From NCBI GenBank assembly GCA_021769035.1, contig JAETTP010000003.1:3010-67009 (forward strand): DNA of 64,000 bases, read 5' to 3'. Below are positions 9,692-18,336 of the stretch, piece after piece. The number at the start of each line of letters is the position of its first letter. The stretch's first letter is position 1. A program made the translations under genes and the position numbers. The DNA comes from Bacillota bacterium. Lineage in GTDB: Bacteria; Bacillota; Dehalobacteriia; UBA4068; UBA4997. The notes below the pieces were generated by a model. That model was not told the origin of the DNA, did not search any database, and was given only the letters and a program-made list of their open reading frames with translations.

Positions 9692-10210
9692 TTATTCCGG
9701 CTGCAACAAGCCGTAATTTTCATCCTTGCGTTTGTAAACAATATTGATTTCATCGGTTTCCGCATTCACAAAAGCGAAGAAGCTGTGGCCCAAAAGCTCC
9801 ATCTGACTGATGGCCTCGTCCACATCCAAAGGCTTTTTATCAAAGTGCTTGGTACGCACCAGCTTTTGCTCGTTCGGCAGAGCCTCCAACTCCTGCAAAG
9901 ATGCTTTTTGGGCGTCCTTGCGGAAGCGTTTTTCCAAACGGGTTTTATGCTTGCGCACCTGGCGCTCCAGCTTATCCACGGCTTGGTCAATGCAAACATA
10001 CATATCCAGGCCGGAAACCTCGCTGCGCAGGATAACCCCATCAACATAGATGGTTACCTCCACCGTGTGCGTATCCTTAACCGCATCATGCAAAACTGAA
10101 ACGTCGTCCACGCCGCCCAGCATTTTGTCAAATTTACGCAGACGCTTTTCGGCATATTCACGCATTGCCGGCGTCACATCATTTTTTCTGGACCTTACAT
10201 TAATGTTCAT
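9692..10210 (-). CDS. hpf: ribosome hibernation promoting factor (long HPF)
   Basis: 172 aa with an N-terminal S30AE domain and a C-terminal dimerisation domain (VRTKHFDKKPLDVDEAISQMELLGHSFFAFVNAET). SD AGGAGGG lies before the ATG. Confidence 0.9.
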   Translation of the reverse strand: MNINVRSRKNDVTPAMREYAEKRLRKFDKMLGGVDDVSVLHDAVKDTHTVEVTIYVDGVILRSEVSGLDMYVCIDQAVDKLERQVRKHKTRLEKRFRKDAQKASLQELEALPNEQKLVRTKHFDKKPLDVDEAISQMELLGHSFFAFVNAETDEINIVYKRKDENYGLLQPE

Positions 10211-10511
10211 AAATCGTCCCTCCTGGTTACTCTATTAACAACCGAAAGCAGTTGTTAATATATTAATTATATTTTCAGGCGCAAAATCCTGCCAGACGGG
10301 CAAAAAGATTTACTTTTTGGGCAAAATTTCCCAATTTAAGCAGCCAAACAGCCGCACCGACATTTTTTAGCATATTTTTACACGGCTTTCCCCCAACAAT
10401 CCACAGGGCTTGCTTGTGGAAAATGTGGAAAAGGTTGTTGACAACTGACTGTAAGCCGCTTTTTTGAGGCAAATTTATACACAGACCAGCAAAAGGCGAG
10501 GCAATTCCTGC

Positions 10512-11417
10512 TTAATCGAGCGGAATGTAGCCGGCCTGTCGAATCGACTGCTTGCCGGCCTCCGACAAAATCCAGTGATAAAGCTTGCTCACCGCTCCCT
10601 GCTCAGTGGCCAAATCCTCGCTGCGCACCGCCAGATAATATTCGTTCAGCAGCGGATAACTGCCGTCGGCAATGCTTTCGTCGCTGGGCAGCACCCCGTC
10701 TACCGCCAAAAAGCGCAAGCCGGGCTGCTGATACATATAGGAAGCATAATAGAAAACGGAATAACCCAAAGCGTCGGCGCTATTGTTGTAGGAAGCCAGC
10801 TGTTCAATCAGACCGCCCATCTCAGCCGGCCGAAACTCCGTCGGCGCGTCCATCGGCTGCCGCTCCTGCATTAACAGCTTCATAAACAGGCTTTGGCTGC
10901 CGCTTTCCTCCGGCCGCTGAAAGGCCACAATCGGCAAATCCGCCCCGCCAACCTCGCTCCAGTTGGTAATCTCCCCAGTGTAAATGCCAATCAGCTGCTC
11001 CTGCGTCAGACTTTGCACCGGATTATCCTCATTGACGATAAACACCAGCGCGTCCCGGCCAATCGGCTCAATCGTCAGCTCGGTGCCAATTTCCGCCAGC
11101 TGCTGCTTGGTCACCTCCGCCGCCTCGTAAACCAGCAGCAGGTCAGCGTCCCCCTGGGCCAAAGCCAGCCAGGCGTCGGCCGTTTTGCGGCAACTGGTCA
11201 ACTGCTCCGCCTCCGCCAGGGAAATCCCCGTGACGTCCGCCATAATTTGGGCCATCATCGGCAAATTGGCAGTGGAACCATCCACCCGCGGATACTCCGC
11301 CAAACTCAGCAAAACCTCGCCGCTCGGCTCGGCAACCTGCTCCTGCTTTTGCTCATTGCAAGCCGCCAGAACGGCCGCGCAGGTCAACAACAAAATCACA
11401 GCCAAAAACTTTTTCAT
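10512..11417 (-). CDS. PstS-family (PBP-like) substrate-binding lipoprotein with no adjacent permease or ATPase genes
   Basis: 301 aa with a signal peptide and lipobox (LAAC). PstS-like motifs are DGSTANLP and VFIVNEDNPV..LT.EQL..IYTGEITNWSEVGG...I.AFQRPE.SGSQ. SD GGGAGG is present. The gene starts 46 nt after the last WG-repeat gene. Confidence 0.75.
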   Translation of the reverse strand: MKKFLAVILLLTCAAVLAACNEQKQEQVAEPSGEVLLSLAEYPRVDGSTANLPMMAQIMADVTGISLAEAEQLTSCRKTADAWLALAQGDADLLLVYEAAEVTKQQLAEIGTELTIEPIGRDALVFIVNEDNPVQSLTQEQLIGIYTGEITNWSEVGGADLPIVAFQRPEESGSQSLFMKLLMQERQPMDAPTEFRPAEMGGLIEQLASYNNSADALGYSVFYYASYMYQQPGLRFLAVDGVLPSDESIADGSYPLLNEYYLAVRSEDLATEQGAVSKLYHWILSEAGKQSIRQAGYIPLD

Positions 11418-11463
11418 ATTCAGTACCTCCCATTTTTTTAATTCTCTTCTTTAATCTTATTAT

Positions 11464-13029
11464 TTAATCTTCCATATCCTTAAAAATTGTTTCCTGAACA
11501 ATCCATTCGCCCTTATCATTCATCAAACCCTGGCTAAATCCCTGCTGCACCCAAAAGATATTTTCCCCAAGATAACGAACATATTTCAGGCCGCTTAAAA
11601 TCACCCGGCCCTGGCCGTCCAACACCTCCCAGAAGCTTTGCCCGGCAGCAGTTTCATAGCGGCCCCGAAAGTAACCGGAGGGCTCCGCACCGGCATAGAT
11701 AATTCCTATGTTCATATACTTCTGCAACAACTCCGGCGGCAGCTCAGGCTCGGCAAAAAGTTTGCTGGATAACCAATTGCATTCAGCCGCTCCGGTCAGC
11801 TCATGCTCCGCCTGGCTCAGCAAACGGCCCCAAGCGTCGTAAATGAGGTGGCGGCAAATTACCGGCTTAAAATCCTCCTGCTCCGGGTTCCAGGCCGTAA
11901 AGTAAATTTCCTCCACCCAAACCTGATTATCGACAATTCTGGCATCCCGCTGCAACCCGTCAACCGCCGGCCATTGCTGCTTGGCAAGCAAAAGCCCGTT
12001 GGTATTGTAAATATCCCGATCATTGTAGAAAAGCCGCATTTCCCGGCTTAAATTCATTAGGTTGCCGTCCAGCCAACGGCCCTGCAAATCCATTAAACCG
12101 CTGCGCATATCCCCCCAGCCCTGCGTCACCGCCAGCACGCCGGCGCCTAAATAATCCACCAGGCTTAAATTAGCCAGCCGCACCCGGCCCTGCGCGTCCA
12201 AAATATCATAGCGCAGACCGCCCTTTTCGTTGCTATAATGGGCCAGGTAAAAGGGCAAATCCGCGTATCTAAAACCGCCCAGCCAAAACAGTTCAAAATA
12301 ATCCTGCTCTGTTGTCAAGGGCTGCCCCTGCCAGTCGTATATATCCAGATAATTGGCCCTGTCCAGCCGCGTCGCCGGGTTAAAATCGTCATAGCTAACC
12401 GCCACAAAACCAGCCGCCGGAATAACACTGAGCCGCAGCGTGTCGTCATAACCCTGGCGCAACAGCTGCCGCTGATTATCCACCAGCAGATTTCCCGCGA
12501 TGTCCAACAGCTGATAGCGGCCCTCCGTTTGCAGCAAATCCACCACAAACAGGCCGTTTTGCCAATCCCCATTCGTTGGTGCATAAAATTCAAGGCAGTT
12601 AGGATTGGGCACGGCCGCTTCAATATCCACGCTATGTAGCAGCTGGCCGTAGCAATCGTAAAAACGGAAACTGCGGCCGCTGATACGCAAATCTGCTTCA
12701 AAATCCCGATAAAAATTTTCCCGCCAGCCAAAATCATCTTCAAACACCTGGCCGGCCTCCACCTGAAAACGCTGCTCCGGCGGCAGCACAAAATGATTTT
12801 CCACCTGTAACACGGTTTTGCCATTCGGCAAAATATAGCTTGAAACCTCCTGCCCAGGAAAGTAATAATCAGTCTCCGCCGCGGCAATCAGCCGGCCGTC
12901 AGTGTTAAAAACACCCAACGGCGTTTGTAACAGCGCCGGCTCCTCCGTTTTACCGCAGCCGGCCAGCCCCAGCAAAATCAGCAACAAGGCCGGCAGCAGA
13001 CAAAGCATTGTCAACCACCTTTTCCGCAT
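11464..13029 (-). CDS. WG-repeat lipoprotein paralog P1 (521 aa, fused unit)
   Basis: MRKRWLTMLCLLPALLLILLGLAGC signal and lipobox. Recurring modules are FRFYDCYGQLL, YQLLDIAGNLLV and VLDGQGRVILSGL...GLMNDKGEW. The C-terminus is ...KDMED. Confidence 0.85.
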   Translation of the reverse strand: MRKRWLTMLCLLPALLLILLGLAGCGKTEEPALLQTPLGVFNTDGRLIAAAETDYYFPGQEVSSYILPNGKTVLQVENHFVLPPEQRFQVEAGQVFEDDFGWRENFYRDFEADLRISGRSFRFYDCYGQLLHSVDIEAAVPNPNCLEFYAPTNGDWQNGLFVVDLLQTEGRYQLLDIAGNLLVDNQRQLLRQGYDDTLRLSVIPAAGFVAVSYDDFNPATRLDRANYLDIYDWQGQPLTTEQDYFELFWLGGFRYADLPFYLAHYSNEKGGLRYDILDAQGRVRLANLSLVDYLGAGVLAVTQGWGDMRSGLMDLQGRWLDGNLMNLSREMRLFYNDRDIYNTNGLLLAKQQWPAVDGLQRDARIVDNQVWVEEIYFTAWNPEQEDFKPVICRHLIYDAWGRLLSQAEHELTGAAECNWLSSKLFAEPELPPELLQKYMNIGIIYAGAEPSGYFRGRYETAAGQSFWEVLDGQGRVILSGLKYVRYLGENIFWVQQGFSQGLMNDKGEWIVQETIFKDMED

Positions 13030-13032
13030 TGC

Positions 13033-14775
13033 TTAATCCTCCTCCTCTGGCAACGGCTCCTGATAAAGCCATTTGCCCTGCCTATCAATCAGGCCGCGGT
13101 AGCCGCCCTGCTCCACCTGCAACAAGCCGCCCCAGGCCGTCGGGTAAATGTTCTGCCCGGCCCAAATCTGCTGCATATCCTCGTCCAGCAGGTAGGCGCT
13201 GTTCTCCTCAGACAAGGCCCGGCGCACCTCGGCTTGATAGCCGATTATCCGGCCGTCAGCTTCGTCGACAATCGGAGAAATCAGGCTGTAGTCCTGCTCC
13301 AGCGTCACCGGCTGCCCGTCCAGCCGGTAAACGTCGGCGTGCTCCTCAAAATAATACCAATCGTCTTCGTCCGGCTCTTGGGCATAAAGAACATAATTTA
13401 CAATGACGTAATCATTGGAAAGATACATGGTAGCATAGCAATCGCCCCATTCCTCCGGCTGGCAAACCGGCTTTTCGGCCAGCAAATTCCCGTAAGCGTC
13501 GTAAACCTGATATTTGCCCTCCGTGTCCAATCTATCAATTAGGAAACAGCTTCGCTGCAAATCGCCATTTGGAGCAAAATCGAACTCAATATCGCCCCAA
13601 ACCCCGTTCATCGGGAAAGTAACCTGGTGCAGCTGCTGCCCGGCGAGGTCGTAAAAAGTAAGCAGATTTTCCACCTGAAGCAAATCACCATTACCATCGC
13701 GCCGCTCTGCGTCATGCACGCGCAAGGCGGACATTAAATAAAGTGGCTGATATTGATAATCCGCCAAAATCGTATACTGCTCATAATCCGCGCTGGGGCC
13801 TAAAACCGGCTGACCGGAAGCGTCGATGATATAATATGCCTGGTTGTCCCGTAAATAGAAAAGCTGACCGCTCTCCACGCCAGACACCCTGGCCGCCGCC
13901 TGCCCCGGCTGGAAAACAAACTCGCCCTGATTGTTAATTACCCCGCGCAATTCGCCTTTTTGCACCCAAAACATGTCGCCGCCAAGATAATAAAGCTCGT
14001 CCACATCGGCAATAATCACCTGGCCCTGCTTATCCAGCAGGCTGCACGGCCCGATTGAGGAGGAACTGCCGGCCCTAAAGTAACCGTCATAATAATAGCT
14101 GCCATAGCCGTAAGCCAAACCGAACGGATAATCCACGTAAAAAATGTTAGGATAAGCCTCGTCAAGCGCATACGGCCGCCACTGCCAATCATAAACATCA
14201 GCCAGGCTGTCGCCCGTGCCGTCCTTATTATACCACACAACATTGACCACCAAAAAGTTATCGCTCAAGCAGAGAGTAACCAACGTATCAAAGTAATCTG
14301 CCGGCATTGCCACCGCTTTTTCCACCAGCACCTTGCCGTCCAAATCCAACACCTGATATTTCCCCTCGGTTTGCAGCAAATCACGAATAATCAGACTTTT
14401 AGCAAAATCGCCGTCCGGCGCAAAGTAAAAGCCGCTTTCGCCGGAAAGCTGCAAGCTTTTCAGCAGCTGCCCCTGCAAATCGTAAAACTGATACTCGCTT
14501 TCCAGCATTTCGGGATACTCGTCGCCCTCCGGGTCAGTATAGGTACTATTGAAACTCAGAATATAGCGTTGTTTACCCTGGTTATCCTCCAAAATGCTAT
14601 AATATTCATTCGGCCGCCCCGGCCCCAGCACCCGCTCGCCGTTGGCGTTTACGCAGGTGTTGCCAAATCCCCAAACGTGGGGCTGCTCCGCCACGTCCAC
14701 CTCCGCTTTCGGCTCGCCGCAGCCAGCCAAGCCCAGCAGCAACACAAAAGATAACAAAAGCCAAATTTTACGCAT
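13033..14775 (-). CDS. WG-repeat lipoprotein paralog P2 (580 aa, two full units)
   Basis: MRKIWLLLSFVLLLGLAGC lipobox. The module set occurs twice: YQFYDLQGQLL/YQVLDLDGKVLVE, then TFYDLAGQQL/YQVYDAYGNLLAE. It ends GLIDRQGKWLYQEPLPEEED. Confidence 0.85.
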   Translation of the reverse strand: MRKIWLLLSFVLLLGLAGCGEPKAEVDVAEQPHVWGFGNTCVNANGERVLGPGRPNEYYSILEDNQGKQRYILSFNSTYTDPEGDEYPEMLESEYQFYDLQGQLLKSLQLSGESGFYFAPDGDFAKSLIIRDLLQTEGKYQVLDLDGKVLVEKAVAMPADYFDTLVTLCLSDNFLVVNVVWYNKDGTGDSLADVYDWQWRPYALDEAYPNIFYVDYPFGLAYGYGSYYYDGYFRAGSSSSIGPCSLLDKQGQVIIADVDELYYLGGDMFWVQKGELRGVINNQGEFVFQPGQAAARVSGVESGQLFYLRDNQAYYIIDASGQPVLGPSADYEQYTILADYQYQPLYLMSALRVHDAERRDGNGDLLQVENLLTFYDLAGQQLHQVTFPMNGVWGDIEFDFAPNGDLQRSCFLIDRLDTEGKYQVYDAYGNLLAEKPVCQPEEWGDCYATMYLSNDYVIVNYVLYAQEPDEDDWYYFEEHADVYRLDGQPVTLEQDYSLISPIVDEADGRIIGYQAEVRRALSEENSAYLLDEDMQQIWAGQNIYPTAWGGLLQVEQGGYRGLIDRQGKWLYQEPLPEEED

Positions 14776-14778
14776 TTT

Positions 14779-15663
14779 TCAATCCTCCAAACTCTCCTTA
14801 AACACCCACTCGCCAGCCGCGTTCATTATACCCTGCGCCTCTCCTTTTTTCACCGTAAACAAATCATCACTGCAATTCCGCACCTCAACCAAGCCGTCAA
14901 GCACCACCTGACCTTTAGCGTCCAAAACGTCGTAAACAACCTCGCCTTGCGGGTTTCTATATTGAGCCTGAAAGTAAGCGCTGTCCCCTTGGGTCGTAAA
15001 ATCATAAAGCGGATAAACAAAATTGTACCCCTTGTCCTTATGCAACGGCTGGCCGCTAAAATCATAAAGATAGGCAAACTGGCAGCTATTATACAAATTA
15101 TCATAAAGATAAATATTCGCTACGACAAAGTCCTCGCCAACCCATACATAAGGCCCGGAGAAATCCACATTGTAATCAGCCGGTATTTTTTCCTCAACCA
15201 GCAGGCTGCCGTCCGCCCGCAGCAGTTGAAAGCGCCCCTGCGTGTTCAACATATCCAACAAAAGCACCGCTTTGCTTAAATCCAGACTTTGCGGCAAAGC
15301 AAAGTGAACGCTGGATTCATACTCAAATTCCCGGCTGCCGCCGGCGTCGTCTACCTCAAAGCATTTCAACAACTCACCTTTTTTGTCGTAAACCGAAAAT
15401 TTATAACCGACAACTATATAATTACCGTATTCGTTAAAGCGATGATAATCGTAAACACTTTGGCTTTTCAGCAGATAAATCTGCTTGCCCTGCGCGTCGC
15501 ACAGCACGGAATAAATCCCGTCGGTGTCCTTAAACACCACGCCGTCAGTGGTTATATAACCATAATAATATGGCAAAACAGCAATTTCCTTTTCCGCCTT
15601 GCCGCAGCTGGCCACCCCCAGCAGAAGCAAGACCACAACAAACATTATCACCAATTTCCGCAT
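14779..15663 (-). CDS. WG-repeat lipoprotein paralog P3 (294 aa, single unit)
   Basis: MRKLVIMFVVVLLLLGVASC lipobox; FSVYDKKGELL, FQLLRADGSLLVE, YDVLDAKGQVVLDGL, GIMNAAGEWVFKESLED. Confidence 0.85.
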   Translation of the reverse strand: MRKLVIMFVVVLLLLGVASCGKAEKEIAVLPYYYGYITTDGVVFKDTDGIYSVLCDAQGKQIYLLKSQSVYDYHRFNEYGNYIVVGYKFSVYDKKGELLKCFEVDDAGGSREFEYESSVHFALPQSLDLSKAVLLLDMLNTQGRFQLLRADGSLLVEEKIPADYNVDFSGPYVWVGEDFVVANIYLYDNLYNSCQFAYLYDFSGQPLHKDKGYNFVYPLYDFTTQGDSAYFQAQYRNPQGEVVYDVLDAKGQVVLDGLVEVRNCSDDLFTVKKGEAQGIMNAAGEWVFKESLED

Positions 15664-15746
15664 TGCCTAATCCTCCAAACTGTCAAAAATGCTCTCCTTA
15701 AACAGCCACTCGCCCTGCTCGTTCATCAGGCCGCGGCTGAAACCCT
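15604..15746 (-). repeat. junction cassette copy A (P4 C-terminus, stop, P3 signal peptide)
   Basis: Ungapped by-eye alignment with 16522-16664 gives about 19 mismatches in about 143 nt (about 87% identity). The gene interiors are far more diverged. Confidence 0.7.
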
Positions 15747-16581
15747 GCTCCACCAAAAACCGGTCCGGCCCCAGGCAATCCACCGCGCGCAGGCCGCTCA
15801 GCAAAACCTGCCCTTGGCCGTCCAAAACATCATAAAGCGGATAATCGTTGGGACTTAAATAATAGGCCCGCAGATACTTGTTTTTCTGAAATTCTGTTCC
15901 CTCCCAGTAGCCCAGGTCAACCATATAAAGATAATCCTTGGCCAATTCTACCGGCTGCAAATCACGGTCATACAAATCGCAATAATAATGCTCCTGATAA
16001 TCGTGTCCATAAATATGCCCCTGCACCCAAACCGCTTCATCATTCATACAAAGATTAAACGCGGTTTGCCAAACGTCAGCCGCCGCCAGCGGCCGCTCCA
16101 GCAGCACATTGCCGTCCAAATCCAGCAGCTTATATGTTCCGTCCGCTTTTACAAGATCCTCCAAAAGCAGGCTCCGCTGCAAATCGCCGTCCGGTGAAAT
16201 CTGATAATCAAACCGAGGCGCGGCCATTTTGACGGATTTAAGCAGCTCACCCGCCGTATCATAAACACTAAAGCGGATAGACAGCACCAAGGGCTGGCCG
16301 TAGGCATCCAGCTGTGTTTCCGAACGCTCATATTCCGAGGCCAAAATATACCGCTGCCGCCCCTCGCAGTCCCGCCAAATTTGATAAGTATATCCCGGCG
16401 CGTCCGGCGGGCAGATAACCTCCCCCGCGCTGTTGATGATTCCGTTACCATAGGGGATTAATATCGGTGATTTTTCTTCATTATCAAGCACATTAGCGCT
16501 TTGAGGTTGCGCGGCCTCAAAGCAGCCGGCCAGCCCCAGCAGAAGCAAGGCTATACTAAACATTATCACCATTTTACGCAT
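15667..16581 (-). CDS. WG-repeat lipoprotein paralog P4 (304 aa, single unit)
   Basis: MRKMVIMFSIALLLLGLAGC lipobox; FSVYDTAGELL, YKLLDLDGNVLLE, YDVLDGQGQVLLSGL, GLMNEQGEWLFKESIFDSLED. Confidence 0.85.
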   Translation of the reverse strand: MRKMVIMFSIALLLLGLAGCFEAAQPQSANVLDNEEKSPILIPYGNGIINSAGEVICPPDAPGYTYQIWRDCEGRQRYILASEYERSETQLDAYGQPLVLSIRFSVYDTAGELLKSVKMAAPRFDYQISPDGDLQRSLLLEDLVKADGTYKLLDLDGNVLLERPLAAADVWQTAFNLCMNDEAVWVQGHIYGHDYQEHYYCDLYDRDLQPVELAKDYLYMVDLGYWEGTEFQKNKYLRAYYLSPNDYPLYDVLDGQGQVLLSGLRAVDCLGPDRFLVEQGFSRGLMNEQGEWLFKESIFDSLED

Positions 16582-16664
16582 CGTTTAATCCTCCAAACTA
16601 TCAAAAATGCTCTCCTTAAACAACCACTCGCCTTTGTCATTCATCAGGCCGCGGTTGAAACCCT
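16522..16664 (-). repeat. junction cassette copy B (P5 C-terminus, stop, P4 signal peptide)
   Basis: Partner of 15604-15746. Both contain ...AAACATTATCACCAxTTTxCGCAT-NNN-stop-ATCCTCCAAACTxTCAAAAATGCTCTCCTTAAACAxCCACTCGCC (plus-strand reading). Confidence 0.7.
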
Positions 16665-18333
16665 TACGCACTGCAAAAACACTCTGGCCCAGATACTCAA
16701 CCTGCTGCAAATCGCTCAGGCACAGCCGGCCGCGCTCATCTAACACATCAAACCACCACTGCCCATTCGGCTGCTCGTAGCCGGCTTCAAAAAAAATCAC
16801 TTCTTCTTCAACATTCGGATAAAGCCACCAGTCCCAAGCATAAAGGTTGTTCAAATAGGCATATTCTCTGGGCATCGGCAACGGCTTGCCCAGCCAATCG
16901 TAAACAGTTACATAATCGTGCGGGGTCTGCAATTCCTCATCAAATTCCGAATGTTTCACGGCCACAAAATAATCCGTCAAAAACAAATCAGCAACGCCTA
17001 ATTTATATGGCTGCTCAGCCTCCCGCTCCAGCCAAAGCCGGGCCCGGCAATTCAACAGTCCATATTTACCCAACGGCGTAAGAACCAAATTGGCTCCCGT
17101 ATATGTCAGCGGCAGCTGCCAAAGCTGCCGGCCGTGAGCATCATACAAAGTGAGCTCGCAAGCAGTGGGCTGCGGCCGGCTCCACGCCCAATCAGTGTTC
17201 TCAGGATAAAAATATTCCGTAGCCAGCACATATTTATCGCCCAAAATATCCCAACCAATATCCTGACCGTCCGGCACCATATCTTTATTTTCCGCAATCA
17301 GCTTGCCGTAGGTGTTGTAAACATCGCCATTGTAATAAAAAACCTGCAAAGGCCGGTTCAAGCTCCACAAGTCCGGCTTCAGCGGCCGGCCCTGCAAATC
17401 CGCCAGGCCGCAGGTCAAATCACCCCAGCCCTGCTGCAGCTCCAGCACCTGCTTGCCGATAGGCTCAACTCTCAGCAAATTTGCCAAATGCACCCGCCCC
17501 TTGCCGTCCAGCAGGTCATAGCGGTTCCGCCCCTTTTCATTGCGGTAATGCGCCTTGTAAAGTGATGTTCCCGCCAGCTGCTCCAACTCGTCGTAAGCCT
17601 GCGGCATAGGCAGCGGCCGGCCCTGCAAATCGTACACATCAAGCTGCTTGCAGGAGTTGTAGGCCGCCAGCATATCGTAAAGGGCGTAATTCAAGGCCAC
17701 AAATTCCTCGCCCAGCGCCAAATCAATATGCGCGCCCGTCCTTAAATCCGCCGGCTGCATTGGCTGGCCGGGCGGCGTCAGCTGCTTTTCCACCAGCAAA
17801 TTGCCGTCAATATCCAGCAGCTGATATTTCCCCTCCGTTTCCAGCCGGTTCACCAAAAACAGGCTTTTCTGCAAATCACCGTCCGGGGCAAAATAAAAGT
17901 CCAAATTGCAAGGATGGGGAAGCGCCGCGTCAATCTGCACCGCGTGTTGAAGCCGGCCGCGGCAATCGTAAAAGCGGAAGCTGCGGCCGGTTATCCGGCT
18001 GTCCAGATCATATTTCATAATTATTTCATTAAACGGCTGCGGACCGGTCACTGGGTCCGCCGAGGGCCCGCCTAAATTCACCAGCCAGCGCTGCTGCTCC
18101 GGCAGCACGTAATCATCCTCAATCAGCAGAGCGTAACACTGGCGGCCGTTTTGGTCGCAAAGGATTTTCGCCTCCTGATCTGGCTGCACGTCCGTAATCC
18201 GCAGGCCCTCCGTGTTGAAAATATCCTCCTGATAGACCAGCAAACCCGGCTCCGCCGCCTGCTGCTCATTACAACCGGCCAGCCCCAGCAGGGCCAGCAA
18301 CAGCCAACAGATCACTATCACCAATTTACGCAT
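16585..18333 (-). CDS. WG-repeat lipoprotein paralog P5 (582 aa, fused units)
   Basis: MRKLVIVICWLLLALLGLAGC lipobox; FRFYDCRGRLQ, YQLLDIDGNLLVE, then a second unit ending GLMNDKGEWLFKESIFDSLED. Its N-terminal half is closest to P1. Confidence 0.85.
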   Translation of the reverse strand: MRKLVIVICWLLLALLGLAGCNEQQAAEPGLLVYQEDIFNTEGLRITDVQPDQEAKILCDQNGRQCYALLIEDDYVLPEQQRWLVNLGGPSADPVTGPQPFNEIIMKYDLDSRITGRSFRFYDCRGRLQHAVQIDAALPHPCNLDFYFAPDGDLQKSLFLVNRLETEGKYQLLDIDGNLLVEKQLTPPGQPMQPADLRTGAHIDLALGEEFVALNYALYDMLAAYNSCKQLDVYDLQGRPLPMPQAYDELEQLAGTSLYKAHYRNEKGRNRYDLLDGKGRVHLANLLRVEPIGKQVLELQQGWGDLTCGLADLQGRPLKPDLWSLNRPLQVFYYNGDVYNTYGKLIAENKDMVPDGQDIGWDILGDKYVLATEYFYPENTDWAWSRPQPTACELTLYDAHGRQLWQLPLTYTGANLVLTPLGKYGLLNCRARLWLEREAEQPYKLGVADLFLTDYFVAVKHSEFDEELQTPHDYVTVYDWLGKPLPMPREYAYLNNLYAWDWWLYPNVEEEVIFFEAGYEQPNGQWWFDVLDERGRLCLSDLQQVEYLGQSVFAVRKGFNRGLMNDKGEWLFKESIFDSLED

Positions 18334-18336
18334 TGT

